From Bacteroidales bacterium (GTDB lineage: Bacteria; Bacteroidota; Bacteroidia; Bacteroidales; WCHB1-69), in assembly GCA_031272025.1 (NCBI GenBank), contig JAISUP010000008.1, forward strand, positions 654 through 64,653: a DNA stretch of 64,000 nucleotides, read 5' to 3'. Position numbers and translations under genes: made by a program. Positions 12,743-22,542 of this stretch are shown here, in pieces (positions within the stretch are counted from its first letter, which is position 1; the number at the start of each line of letters is the position of its first letter). The notes under the pieces were generated by a model. The model had not been told where the DNA came from, made no database searches, and worked only from the letters and a program-made list of their open reading frames with translations.

Positions 12743-13629
12743 TCACCAATAAATTAAAAGGATTAGGGGTAGCATTGGTTACTCCATTGAAGACAAATAA
12801 CACGATAGATTTCGATGCATTAGCCGCGTTAGTGAATCAAGTCATTGAAGGCGGGGCAAATTATGTCGTTGCCTTGGGAACTACGAGCGAAACCCCCACG
12901 CTGTCGCCCGAAGAAAAAGAAGATATTTGTCGTTGTGTTGTGCAAAGTACGGCAGGACGCGTACCGGTGGTCTTAGGGCTTGGCGGTCCCAATACCCATG
13001 CCATTACCAACCATTTACACCATCGCAACTTTGACGGTATCTCGGCAATCTTATCGGTAACGCCCTATTACAACAAACCCACGCAAACAGGGCTATACGA
13101 ACATTACCGAGAATTGTCTTATCATTCCCCATTGCCACTCATTATCTACAACGTATGCCCGCGAACTGCATGTAATGTAGAAGCAGAAACCACCCTGCGC
13201 CTCGCCGAAGATTGCCCAAATATTATTGCCATCAAAGAAGCGTCAGGCAACATGCAGCAAATTCTAACCCTTATCAGGCACAAACCTGACCATTTTCTCG
13301 TGCTTTCGGGAGACGACGGTATAGCATTACCCCTCATGGCTGTCGGCGCGGATGGTCTTATCTCTGTTGTTGCCAATGCCTTACCAAAACAAGTGAGCCA
13401 AATGATTCGCGAAGCACAAATAGGAAACTATGAACAAGCACAAAAATGGCACAATCTCTTGTTCGACATTACTCATCTCTGCTTTAAAGAAGGAAATCCC
13501 GCGGGGATTAAAGCCATACTCACCCTGCAAGGCAAAATCGAATACTACTTGCGACTGCCCCTAACCCGCGTATCTGCACAACTACAAGAAGATATTAAAA
13601 ACTGTTTGAAACATATAGACTTTCACTAA
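12739..13629 (+). CDS. dapA: 4-hydroxy-tetrahydrodipicolinate synthase
   Basis: GVALVTP, GTTSE, YNVPxRT-like (IYNVCPRTA) and IKEASG (catalytic Lys) motifs. Confidence 0.9.
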   Translation: MITNKLKGLGVALVTPLKTNNTIDFDALAALVNQVIEGGANYVVALGTTSETPTLSPEEKEDICRCVVQSTAGRVPVVLGLGGPNTHAITNHLHHRNFDGISAILSVTPYYNKPTQTGLYEHYRELSYHSPLPLIIYNVCPRTACNVEAETTLRLAEDCPNIIAIKEASGNMQQILTLIRHKPDHFLVLSGDDGIALPLMAVGADGLISVVANALPKQVSQMIREAQIGNYEQAQKWHNLLFDITHLCFKEGNPAGIKAILTLQGKIEYYLRLPLTRVSAQLQEDIKNCLKHIDFH

Positions 13630-14012
13630 CGATGGGATAGCGTATCGCTACACTCGCTTTTCCATTTTTGCTCTCGTTGCATAACATTCTCCTCCACGGT
13701 ATTTAACATCTTCAACGATTGATCTTCATCGGCAAGATAATAGGATAAGGAACTGATAAATTGATCTTTATCTACTCCATAACCCGAAAAAAGCGTAGAA
13801 TACATTTCACGGGAAACGCGTAGCCTATCGCTATCCGGAGGCAAAAGGTATACAATACTTTCCACGAGACTGATATCGGTAACCATTTCCGTTACTTTTT
13901 CATACGACAACAAATTAACCGGCTTTTCCCGTATTTGCTTTTTATGACAAGACATGAAAAAAAAACAGCCTACTACTATCAACAGAATAAGATATTTCGT
14001 GATTTTATACAT
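13626..14012 (-). CDS. small lipoprotein (DUF4296-like)
   Basis: Lipobox FFFMSC. The downstream pattern LLSYEKVTEMVTDISLVES resembles DUF4296 proteins of Bacteroidota. Confidence 0.55.
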   Translation of the reverse strand: MYKITKYLILLIVVGCFFFMSCHKKQIREKPVNLLSYEKVTEMVTDISLVESIVYLLPPDSDRLRVSREMYSTLFSGYGVDKDQFISSLSYYLADEDQSLKMLNTVEENVMQREQKWKSECSDTLSHR

Positions 14013-14317
14013 AATTTATTATTATAATCCCATACTTTATTTTTTGCTAAATCGTTACATAGTTTTTCATCGGGATTGCTTGGGGCTAAGTCACAATCGT
14101 AAGTGTCGTCCGTGTAAAAAGGTTTCCAAAGAGTGGTCTCGGTCAGAACGGCAGCATTTTTCACGGCAAGGCAAAGCATCGGCGGGATGGCTTTACCTAT
14201 TTGATTGCCAAATTTTAGCCTTCGCACGTAAGCACATTTCACGTCTTCTTCGGTTTGAACTTCAACAAGCGAAGACTGAAAAAGTAAGATGTTGTTTTTT
14301 GAAATTTGTCTTACCAT
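13979..14317 (-). CDS. hypothetical small protein (112 aa)
   Basis: It has an ATG start with its own TACATTTGCA box 20 nt upstream. I prefer it to the overlapping plus-strand 136-aa ORF, which has low-complexity composition. Confidence 0.5.
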   Translation of the reverse strand: MVRQISKNNILLFQSSLVEVQTEEDVKCAYVRRLKFGNQIGKAIPPMLCLAVKNAAVLTETTLWKPFYTDDTYDCDLAPSNPDEKLCNDLAKNKVWDYNNKLCIKSRNILFC

Positions 14318-14337
14318 TATTTAGTAATTTTGGAATG

Positions 14338-14345
14338 CAAATGTA
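14338..14345 (-). promoter_or_regulatory. -7 promoter box TAcaTTTG(CA)
   Basis: The reverse complement of CAAATGTA, 20 nt upstream of the ATG at 14317. Confidence 0.5.
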
Positions 14346-14360
14346 CTGTTTTTTTTTATT

Positions 14361-15488
14361 TTAGCATAAAGAAGAATAGATTTTCATTAAGGTCTCGGCA
14401 ATATATTGCTCGTTGAAGCGGGCAACGTATTTTTTTCCTGCCGCGACCATCTTCGTTCGTGTTTCACTATTTTTCAGTATTTTTTGCACTTGTTGTGCCC
14501 ACAGGTACTCATTATCGGGAGGCAAATAAACGCTATCGTGACCCCCCACCTCTTCTAAGCAGGAACCTGTCGCTGCAATCACGGGAATCTCGCTGTTTAG
14601 GGCTTCTATCACGGGAATACCAAAACCTTCAAAAAAAGATGGATATACAAAAATAGATGCCGTTTGGTATAATCCGGGCAAATCCTCGAATGGAATATCG
14701 TTAAAAATATGTATTCTATGGCTAATTTGATGCGACATCGCGAAACTTTCTATCTCGTTCTGATATTTTGTTTTTTTTCCCACGGTTACCCAATGGATGT
14801 GTTCGGGTAGATGTAGGAGTGCTTTCGCGATCAGCAACCCATTTTTGCGCGGTTCGATGGTTCCCACATTCAAAAGGAAGATTTCAGGGAGATGATACTT
14901 TGCCGCGATATTTCTTCTGTCGTTTTCTGTTATTCTTTTGCAAAAATCCGGAGAACAACCCTGATAAACCACAGTAATCTTATCGGCAGGTACCCCAAGA
15001 AACGTGATGATATCTTGTTTGGTACATTCGCTTACCGCGATGATCATCTTCGCCGCACGACAAGATTTTCTTACTTTATAACCATATATCCACCTGTCGA
15101 AAAGAGAATAATATCGAGCAAAGCGCATGAATATCAAATCATGGATAGTTATCACCGCGGGCACACCCGTTCGCCGAATACCCAAGGGCAATTCATTACT
15201 TAATCCATGAAATACATTGATTTTTTGTTTTTTAATATCTTCTTTACAAAAACACAACCGCCATAACGCGGAAAAGAATTTGAACAAACAAGCAGGATAT
15301 AACAAAAAAACATTTTTTCTATCCTGAATAGAAGTGGGCAATACCGATTTTTGGACTTGCTTGGGGCAAAAAAGCACATAATCATTTTCGGGATAAAATC
15401 TCGACAAAATATCAATCACGTAGCGACTATAATTTCCCAGCCCCGTGTTATTTTGTATTGCCCGCTTAGCATCAAATCCTATATTCAT
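14361..15488 (-). CDS. glycosyltransferase family 4 (GT-B fold)
   Basis: C-terminal EGFGIPVIEAL motif (the E-x7-E region) and an N-terminal GLGNYSRY motif. Confidence 0.8.
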   Translation of the reverse strand: MNIGFDAKRAIQNNTGLGNYSRYVIDILSRFYPENDYVLFCPKQVQKSVLPTSIQDRKNVFLLYPACLFKFFSALWRLCFCKEDIKKQKINVFHGLSNELPLGIRRTGVPAVITIHDLIFMRFARYYSLFDRWIYGYKVRKSCRAAKMIIAVSECTKQDIITFLGVPADKITVVYQGCSPDFCKRITENDRRNIAAKYHLPEIFLLNVGTIEPRKNGLLIAKALLHLPEHIHWVTVGKKTKYQNEIESFAMSHQISHRIHIFNDIPFEDLPGLYQTASIFVYPSFFEGFGIPVIEALNSEIPVIAATGSCLEEVGGHDSVYLPPDNEYLWAQQVQKILKNSETRTKMVAAGKKYVARFNEQYIAETLMKIYSSLC

Positions 15489-15493
15489 TTTAC

Positions 15494-16519
15494 TTATATA
15501 ATACTAACCCCTTCTCCGCGAGTTACATGTCCAATAACTACCGGTTTTTCGCCTTGTTGCTGTAAGACACGCAATGTTTCATCTACCGCATCTTCTGCCG
15601 TGAGCAAAATCATCCCGATGCCCATATTAAATACATTAAACATTTGTCTATGAGGAATTTGTCCGTATTTTTCCAGAAAATTGAAAATAGGAGGTTTTGT
15701 CCACGACTTTTCTTCAATTTCAATACCCATTCCTTGTTGTAATACTCTGGGAATATTTTCGTCGAAACCGCCGCCGGTAATATGACATATCGCGTGAATA
15801 TCCACAATTTTAAGGACTTCCAATACCGGTTTCACGTAAATCCGAGTAGGGGTAAGCAAAGTTTCTCCAAGCGTTTTTCCTAACGACTCATTGTATTGGT
15901 CAAGCGGTAATTTGTTGTCTTTCAGTATAATTTTTCGCACTAATGAAAACCCGTTAGAGTGTAACCCTGAAGAAGGCAGCGCGATTAAGATGTCTCCGGC
16001 ACGTACTTTCGAGGCATCAATAAGTTTGGATTTTTCCACGGCACCCACGGTAAATCCGGCAATGTCGTACTCGTCCTCGCCATACATATCCGGCATTTCG
16101 GCAGTTTCTCCCCCAATAAGGGCACAATTCGACTGCACACAACCATCTGCAACCCCTTTCACTATTTGCTCTATCTTTTGTGGACAATTTTTTCCCACAG
16201 CAATATAGTCAAGAAAAAAGAGTGGTGCGGCACCTTGTGCCAGCACGTCATTGACACACATTGCCACTACATCTATCCCGATGGTGTCGTGTTTGTCAAC
16301 AAGAAAAGCCAATTTCAGTTTCGTACCTACCCCGTCCGTGCCACTCACCAATACCGGTTCTTTCATTTGCAATGCCGACAAGTCGAACATGCCCCCAAAA
16401 CTCCCGATATTGCCCAACATTCCTAAACGGTGTGTTCGGGCAATATGTTTCTTAATGCGTGCGACCGATTCATAGCCGGCTTCTAAATTCACACCGGCTT
16501 TCGCGTATAATTCTGACAT
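15494..16519 (-). CDS. purM: phosphoribosylformylglycinamidine cyclo-ligase (AIR synthetase)
   Basis: [11 protein letters not shown] start, then [10 protein letters not shown], and DYIA within the [13 protein letters not shown] region. I prefer the ATG at 16519 to the TTG at 16528. Confidence 0.9.
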   Translation of the reverse strand: MSELYAKAGVNLEAGYESVARIKKHIARTHRLGMLGNIGSFGGMFDLSALQMKEPVLVSGTDGVGTKLKLAFLVDKHDTIGIDVVAMCVNDVLAQGAAPLFFLDYIAVGKNCPQKIEQIVKGVADGCVQSNCALIGGETAEMPDMYGEDEYDIAGFTVGAVEKSKLIDASKVRAGDILIALPSSGLHSNGFSLVRKIILKDNKLPLDQYNESLGKTLGETLLTPTRIYVKPVLEVLKIVDIHAICHITGGGFDENIPRVLQQGMGIEIEEKSWTKPPIFNFLEKYGQIPHRQMFNVFNMGIGMILLTAEDAVDETLRVLQQQGEKPVVIGHVTRGEGVSII

Positions 16520-16543
16520 GAATAACAAGATTTAATTGATACG

Positions 16544-16551
16544 CGAAGATA
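16544..16551 (-). promoter_or_regulatory. -7 promoter box, TTCGCG variant (TAtcTTCGCG)
   Basis: 24 nt upstream of the purM ATG. Confidence 0.45.
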
Positions 16552-16571
16552 AACATTTTTTTGCAATGGGG

Positions 16572-16958
16572 TTACTCCTTTTCTTCCCCGTAATAGTTTT
16601 TAAGGTATTCTATCTGTCGTCTTTCGCGTTTGGTAGGGCGTCCTTCCCCGTGTTCGCGGTACTCGAATTTCGCGTGTAAGGCTTTCACTCTATCGTACTC
16701 TTCCGGTGGGGTTAGGTCTTCATAGTACTGTGGCACCATTGCTGCCCCTATCCTACTTTTAGGGGCAGCAATGGCTTTTACAGTCTTTTCCAAATCGCCC
16801 ACCCTGACATGATATACCTCGCCTGCTTTTACTTCTTTTGACGGTTTGAGACGATTGCCCGCGCATCTTACTTTCCCTGCATTACACGCCTCGGCAGCCA
16901 AAGAACGAGTTTTAAACAACCGGATCATCCACAACCATTTGTCAATCCTGACATCCAC
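16572..16958 (-). CDS. S4-domain RNA-binding protein (Hsp15/HslR-like)
   Basis: MDVRIDKWLWMIRLFKTRSLA is a typical S4 domain start. 128 aa. Confidence 0.8.
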   Translation of the reverse strand: MDVRIDKWLWMIRLFKTRSLAAEACNAGKVRCAGNRLKPSKEVKAGEVYHVRVGDLEKTVKAIAAPKSRIGAAMVPQYYEDLTPPEEYDRVKALHAKFEYREHGEGRPTKRERRQIEYLKNYYGEEKE

Positions 16959-16968
16959 AAGTTAAAAA

Positions 16969-19434
16969 TTAAGAATTTGACTCTTCGGGTAAAAGGTTGT
17001 TCGTGTTCTCGTCAGGAATCGTCGCGGCATTATCTTCCACATCAGGGATGCTCTCCTTTGCCTTATCGGCAATTTCCGTTTCAGACACGGGGTCTTCTTT
17101 TTTATCTTTATCTGACTTCGGGGGATTTTTCATTACCCTAATCCGGTATTCCAAATCTTTCATCTCGGCTTTGGCTGCCTCAATTTTTTTCAAGAATTCC
17201 GATTTCAAAAGGTCGGCGTTTTTGGAATGTACAAAAAAACCTAAATTATTCTCCCACAAACGAATATCTTCTTTCAACTTTTCTACTTTCGAAGTCAAGA
17301 AACGTTTTTCTTTGTCAAGAATTTTTCCCGCGTTAGGGTTGCTGAGTATGGTTTCTATTTTACTCTTAAAACGGTCGTGTCGCAAATCTTCGGGATTAAG
17401 TTTTAACTCGTTAAAACATTTATTGATGGCTTCTCTATAACTGTTATACAGTTTTTCTTTCACTTTTTTAGGTACAAATCCTATTTCAGTCCATTCCCGT
17501 TGAAATGCCTTTAATACTTCAAGATTTTCGGCTTTATTGGTTCCAAAGATATGTGTTTTAATGCGCTCTATCAGGTTTTCCTTTTTTTCAAGATTTTCGG
17601 TTTCCTGTTGTCGTGCATCGGAAAAATAATGGGATTTGGCTTCAAAGAACTTGTCGCAAGCCGTGCGAAAACGTTTCCACACGATTTGCGAATATTTATG
17701 GGGCACCGCACCGATCTCTTTCCATTCTTTTTGCAATTGCAGTAATTCTGTGGTGGCATCCTTCCAATCGGTTCTTATTGACACTGCTTCTGCGCGAATA
17801 GCAATATCAAGTTTGCGATTGTAATTCTGCATTTGCTCATCTTTTACCCCCTGAAAATAATCTTTTTTCTCTTGGAAGAACTTATCCAACGTTTCTCTAA
17901 AACGTTGCCAAATACCCTCATTCAGTTTCACGGGAGCAGGTCCTAAGGTCTTCCACATCTTGAGCAACTCTGTCAATTTATCACTAATTTCCTTGTAGTC
18001 GCGTATGCTTTGACTCTCCGCGCTCACCAGCTCCTCTGCCTGCTCACACAAAACCACCTTTGCATTGTAATTGTTTTGCTGCTCCGCGAATATCCTGTCA
18101 TAAAACTCTTTACGACGAATGTTGATCTGGTCTGAGGCGGTCTTAAAACGTTCCCATATCTCCTCTTTTTTGTCCTCAGGCACGGGTCCTATCTCTTTCC
18201 ATTCGTTATGTAATTCCTGCAACGCCTTAAAAGAATCACTCACCGACTCCAAAAGTAACAACGACTCTGCCTTTTCACACAACTTAATCTTTTGCTCTAA
18301 ATTCTTTTTCAAGTCAAGAGTACGCAACTCTTTGTTTATACGCAAAATATCAAAAAACTTCTCTACATAAAAATGATAATTTTGCCATAAATTTGCAGAT
18401 TCGTTTTGAGGCACAGCACCAATGGATTTCCATTGCTCCTGAAATTCCTTAAAATTATCATTCAGTACTTTGAGATTATTTTCTGTTTCTACTAACTTTT
18501 TCAGTCCTTCTATAATATCTTTCTTGGCTTCCAAATTGCGCTGTTTTTCGGCTTCCAAGGCTTCCATGAAACGATTTTTGTTGTCTTTAAACAACTGCAT
18601 GGCAGCGTTGAAACGATCTTCCCACGCCACGGGCGATGCCTCGAATTCTTCTTTATTGCCTCCTGATTGTAAAAAAGCCGCTAACTGTTCTTGCCTATGG
18701 CTTTTTAACACGTTCAATAGTTTGGATTTCAGTATCCCGACTCGATGTTTAATTTTATTATAGTCAGTATCGGCAACCACTTCGGAAAGCACGGCTACAG
18801 CCTCTTCTGCCGACAAAGCCTCATACTCGGCAGTAATTTTTTCTATGTCGTCCTCGTTTTTAGAGGTGTCATCAGTATCTTCTTCCCCATGCACGAGGTC
18901 GTGCTGTGCCGATTCGATGTCTTCCATCATGGTCTCTGCATTCGTTACCACGGGGTCTTCTTTTATCTCGCCGGCAACTTCTGATGTTATCTCCGAAGGC
19001 TGCTCGGTAATAACGGTATCGACAGTTGCTTCTACTACCGTTTCCGAAGGCTGCTCGGTAATAGCGGTATCGACTGTTGCTTCTACTACCGTCTCTGAAG
19101 GTTGCTCGGTGGTAGCGGTATCAACTGTTGCTTCTACTACCGTCTCCGAAGGCTGCTCGGTGGTAGCGGTATCAACTGTTGCTTCTACTGCCGTCTCCGA
19201 AGGCTGCTCGGTGGTAGCAGTATCAACTATTGCCTCTACTACCGTCTCCGAAGGTTCTTCGGTCGCGATTTCTTCTGCCGTTTCCGTAACACCGGAAGAT
19301 AGCACGACATCATTTTCGACATTCGCGGGGAGTTCTTCTGTCGCATGTCTTTGGGTTTCTTCTGAAACGCCGGAGTTCACCTCTTGAGAAATAATATTCT
19401 CATTTTCAGGGTGAATGAGTTCTTTTGAATCCAT
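16969..19434 (-). CDS. DUF349 repeat protein with an acidic N-terminal 17-aa tandem repeat
   Basis: Multiple ~75-aa repeats of the W..F....F pattern (e.g. EIWERFKTASDQI, GIWQRFRETLDKFF, IVWKRFRTACDKFF). The N-terminus carries TTEQPSETVVEATVDTA about 5-6 times. Confidence 0.75.
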   Translation of the reverse strand: MDSKELIHPENENIISQEVNSGVSEETQRHATEELPANVENDVVLSSGVTETAEEIATEEPSETVVEAIVDTATTEQPSETAVEATVDTATTEQPSETVVEATVDTATTEQPSETVVEATVDTAITEQPSETVVEATVDTVITEQPSEITSEVAGEIKEDPVVTNAETMMEDIESAQHDLVHGEEDTDDTSKNEDDIEKITAEYEALSAEEAVAVLSEVVADTDYNKIKHRVGILKSKLLNVLKSHRQEQLAAFLQSGGNKEEFEASPVAWEDRFNAAMQLFKDNKNRFMEALEAEKQRNLEAKKDIIEGLKKLVETENNLKVLNDNFKEFQEQWKSIGAVPQNESANLWQNYHFYVEKFFDILRINKELRTLDLKKNLEQKIKLCEKAESLLLLESVSDSFKALQELHNEWKEIGPVPEDKKEEIWERFKTASDQINIRRKEFYDRIFAEQQNNYNAKVVLCEQAEELVSAESQSIRDYKEISDKLTELLKMWKTLGPAPVKLNEGIWQRFRETLDKFFQEKKDYFQGVKDEQMQNYNRKLDIAIRAEAVSIRTDWKDATTELLQLQKEWKEIGAVPHKYSQIVWKRFRTACDKFFEAKSHYFSDARQQETENLEKKENLIERIKTHIFGTNKAENLEVLKAFQREWTEIGFVPKKVKEKLYNSYREAINKCFNELKLNPEDLRHDRFKSKIETILSNPNAGKILDKEKRFLTSKVEKLKEDIRLWENNLGFFVHSKNADLLKSEFLKKIEAAKAEMKDLEYRIRVMKNPPKSDKDKKEDPVSETEIADKAKESIPDVEDNAATIPDENTNNLLPEESNS
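18990..19262. repeat. 51-bp tandem repeat, about 5.3 copies, inside the DUF349 gene
   Basis: The TC(C/T)GAAGG(C/T)TGCTCGG anchor recurs at 18992, 19043, 19094, 19145, 19196 and 19247, an exact 51-nt period. Confidence 0.9.
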
Positions 19435-19483
19435 AAAAATTACAAATTTAATTTAATAAAACAACTAAAAAAAATTAATGGGG

Positions 19484-19491
19484 CAAATGTA
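19484..19491 (-). promoter_or_regulatory. -7 promoter box TAcaTTTG
   Basis: 49 nt upstream of the DUF349 ATG at 19434. Confidence 0.45.
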
Positions 19492-19529
19492 CGATATTTT
19501 TTGCAAAAAAAAAGTTTTTCTATCATTGA

Positions 19530-21461
19530 TCAACATATTTTACCATTATCAGACATCCAACGCAATACTTTCAGTATTTTTTCTTCTTCAAATTGGACAG
19601 ATAAAACCTCGACATAGTCTCTTGGAGTAGCACTTCCCGCGTGAAAAGCCTCCACGATAGCAGTTGAAATGCGGTCAAATTCCTGCTTTCGTAAAAAATC
19701 TCGGTGTATAGACACACAAACGTCGCAATGTTCACAAGCCAGACTGTCTTTTTCTCCAAAATAAGATAGCAATATCTGACTGCGGCATTGTTGGGTAGAG
19801 GTTACGTAATGCTCCACGGCTTCTATCCTTCGTGTAGCACTTTTTTTTCGCTGTCGGTAAATCACGGGGTCTAACGACAAATAACGCTCATCAATTCTAT
19901 TTTCCACGAAAAATAAGGTAGGAGTTTCATTACATGGCAAATAACTGAGTACTTTCATCTTATTCATTTTTTGCAAATGCTGCACTACATTAACAGGGGA
20001 CGTGTTCAACCTGCGAGCAATTTCCTGTTCATTAATTTTGACATAATCGTGAAAAAGACCTCCATACGAGCGCAGTAGCATTTGCATCAAGTTCTCCCAT
20101 TCCGGATGTTTTTGATACAATCCGGCAAAATCTGCATGAGGCAATAATACTTGCAACATCGACACTGTTCGTGCCGCCTCCGACAATGCAATATAGCCTC
20201 CTTTTTCTAAAAGCAACAATGCATTGAACAGTAGCACCGGTTTCATTTTCGCGTATTTTATAAATAAATCTATATCAAATTGATACGAAGTATTTGCCCC
20301 CCCGTGGAGCGGAATTTTATAGTAATTGGCGAGGTGATGATACACTTCTCGAATCGTGGCTATGGGGGGGTAACTATTTTCTAAGTTCTCACGCAAATCA
20401 CGGAGGTCGTGTTTGTCGTAAAGCATAATCGCCACGGAGGGCATCCCATCTCTGCCTCCCCTGCCCGCTTCCTGAAAATAGGCTTCCAAACTGTCGGGGA
20501 TATCTATATGTATCACGAAACGTACATCGGGTTTATCTATTCCCATGCCGAAAGCGTTTGTTGCCACGATGACTCTTGTGTTTCCTTTTATCCACGCGGT
20601 TTGTTTCTTGTCTCGTTCGGCAACCGGCAAACCCGCGTGATAATAGTCGGCAACAATATCGTGTTCTCTCAAAAATTCGGCGACTTCACGCGTACGCTTT
20701 CTATTACGCACGTACACGATACCCGTACCTTGATAGCGTCTCATTACACGCAACATCCGCTGCATTTTATTTTCTTCCTCTACAACATAATAGGTCAGGT
20801 TTTCGCGTGCGAAACTCTTTTGAAAACAGTTTTTTGTTCTAAATTTGAGTTTTTCCTGGATATCGTTCACCACTTCGGGAGTTGCCGTAGCCGTTAAAGC
20901 CATGACCGGTATCCCGGGCAACATCTCGCGTGCCTGCGCGATTTCTAAGTATGGCGGTCGAAAATCGTAACCCCATTGTGAAATACAATGGGCTTCATCT
21001 ACCGCGATAAAAGAGACATTCATCAACGGCAAATTGAGTTTTAATAACTTCGTTTTCAATCTTTCAGGAGAAATGTAAAGCAATTTACAGGTTTTATCTA
21101 ATAAAACATGATTCATAGTCAGGTCTATTTCACGCGGGCTCATCCCCGAATAAATCGCCGCCGCCTTAATGCCGCGGGCACGGGCTTGCTCTACCTGATC
21201 CTTCATCAATGCTATCAACGGGGATACCACGATACATATTCCCTCTAAAAATAGAGCAGGAACTTGAAAACAAATAGATTTTCCCCCTCCGGTAGGCAAA
21301 AGTGCCAAAGTATCGTGTCCCGTCAGCAACGAAAGAATAATATCTTCCTGCAACGGGCGAAACTCAGAATACCCCCAATATTTTTTTAAAATCTCTCGTA
21401 TCGATGCGGATAAATGTGCTTGTCGCGACAATGAATTAGTTAGATTCTTATTCTCAGACAT
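19530..21461 (-). CDS. recQ: ATP-dependent DNA helicase RecQ
   Basis: GYSEFRPLQ, TGGGKS (Walker A), DEAHCISQWGYDFRP and ATNAFGMGIDKPDVRFV motifs, plus a zinc-binding Cys cluster. I chose the ATG at 21461 (MSENKN) to avoid overlap with the sigma-factor gene. Confidence 0.9.
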   Translation of the reverse strand: MSENKNLTNSLSRQAHLSASIREILKKYWGYSEFRPLQEDIILSLLTGHDTLALLPTGGGKSICFQVPALFLEGICIVVSPLIALMKDQVEQARARGIKAAAIYSGMSPREIDLTMNHVLLDKTCKLLYISPERLKTKLLKLNLPLMNVSFIAVDEAHCISQWGYDFRPPYLEIAQAREMLPGIPVMALTATATPEVVNDIQEKLKFRTKNCFQKSFARENLTYYVVEEENKMQRMLRVMRRYQGTGIVYVRNRKRTREVAEFLREHDIVADYYHAGLPVAERDKKQTAWIKGNTRVIVATNAFGMGIDKPDVRFVIHIDIPDSLEAYFQEAGRGGRDGMPSVAIMLYDKHDLRDLRENLENSYPPIATIREVYHHLANYYKIPLHGGANTSYQFDIDLFIKYAKMKPVLLFNALLLLEKGGYIALSEAARTVSMLQVLLPHADFAGLYQKHPEWENLMQMLLRSYGGLFHDYVKINEQEIARRLNTSPVNVVQHLQKMNKMKVLSYLPCNETPTLFFVENRIDERYLSLDPVIYRQRKKSATRRIEAVEHYVTSTQQCRSQILLSYFGEKDSLACEHCDVCVSIHRDFLRKQEFDRISTAIVEAFHAGSATPRDYVEVLSVQFEEEKILKVLRWMSDNGKIC

Positions 21462-21480
21462 ATAAAAGTAACCATAGTTT

Positions 21481-22053
21481 TTAAGAACGCGGAGAAACAA
21501 TTTCTGTTTTTCGCCAATCTTCTATTTGTTTTTTGAGTGCATTTTTTGCTTTATACAATTGCGACCGAACCGTAACTTGACTACATTCTAACATTTCTGC
21601 TATTTTTTGAAATTCTAATCCTTCTATTTCACGCAAATTGAATACCATTCGATAACCCATAGGCAATTTATTGATCATCGCGAGCAGGACATCCATCGGT
21701 ATCTCAGGATCGGTAGGAATAGTTACAGGAAGTAAATGCTCTGGAATATCTTCTATCGGGACCATTTCTTCTGCTAAATGATTATGTTTTTTATGATACG
21801 AAATCAAAGTATTAATCGCGATTTTTTTCATCCAATATAAAAGAGAAGACTCGAAACGAAAATGAGAAATATTAAGAAAAATTTTCACGAAAATGTCTTG
21901 CAGTAAATCTTCGGCTTCTTCTTTATTTTTTGCATAACGTTTACAAATGCCAAATAAAGCAGGTGAGAAACGAAGATATAATAAAGATTGATGTCTCGTT
22001 TTCCCGGCAATACAGCCTTTTACCAATTCTTTTTCGGCGATGAATACACTCAT
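21481..22053 (-). CDS. ECF-type RNA polymerase sigma-70 family factor
   Basis: Region 2 (EEAEDLLQDIFVKIF) and region 4 with a helix-turn-helix (FQKIAEMLECSQVTVRSQLYKAKNALKK). Confidence 0.85.
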   Translation of the reverse strand: MSVFIAEKELVKGCIAGKTRHQSLLYLRFSPALFGICKRYAKNKEEAEDLLQDIFVKIFLNISHFRFESSLLYWMKKIAINTLISYHKKHNHLAEEMVPIEDIPEHLLPVTIPTDPEIPMDVLLAMINKLPMGYRMVFNLREIEGLEFQKIAEMLECSQVTVRSQLYKAKNALKKQIEDWRKTEIVSPRS

Positions 22054-22535
22054 GATTTTTCCGGTTTAGATTCTTGATTCGCGACAGCCCTAAACCGGGC
22101 TACTTCTCTTTTTTTTGCCATGAGTACGAGTTCTTTTCCCAAAATCCTGTAAGCGTTAATATTTCCTTGTTTGAATATATTTTGAAACGTTTTCTCGTCT
22201 TGTTGCATTCGCGTATCCATGCATAATTTCTTGGTAGCACCCATATAATCTATGTCTATCCGTTTGCTACTCGCGGTATAAGTCCCATAAAAATAGTTAC
22301 ATCCTGAAAAACCGCGACATTGTGCGGCAGTATCAAACACAATATACAAGGGGATACGCGTACTGTCTATCCTATTAGTGTCGTCGCTCGGGCAAATAAA
22401 TTCCCAACGCGTATGTAGTAAAGGCACCGAACTCACTTCTTTTTTCTGTCGACCGGTAAAAATGCAAGGGCTTCCACACGTTGAGAACACACAAAACAAA
22501 AAAAATAGCATGGGAAACACCTTTTCTTTTCTCAT
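22050..22535 (-). CDS. META-domain (HslJ-like) lipoprotein
   Basis: Signal and lipobox VFSTCG, and the META pattern GCNYFYGTY...ATKKLCMD. Its stop overlaps the sigma-factor ATG (ATGA). The start position is uncertain (22535 versus 22553 or 22583). Confidence 0.65.
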   Translation of the reverse strand: MRKEKVFPMLFFLFCVFSTCGSPCIFTGRQKKEVSSVPLLHTRWEFICPSDDTNRIDSTRIPLYIVFDTAAQCRGFSGCNYFYGTYTASSKRIDIDYMGATKKLCMDTRMQQDEKTFQNIFKQGNINAYRILGKELVLMAKKREVARFRAVANQESKPEKS

Positions 22536-22542
22536 TTTTAAA

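Noticed and set aside
13954-14364. A plus-strand 136-aa ORF overlapping the two small minus-strand genes
   Set aside because: Its sequence is low complexity (YIIYYYNPILYFLLNRY) and it has no promoter box. The minus-strand genes have a lipobox and a promoter box respectively.
18845-19387. A 180-aa plus-strand ORF antisense to the DUF349 tandem repeat
   Set aside because: It is a mirror image of the 51-bp repeat (repeating STVASTTVSEGCSVV). It has no independent signals, and the DUF349 frame continues for 821 aa.
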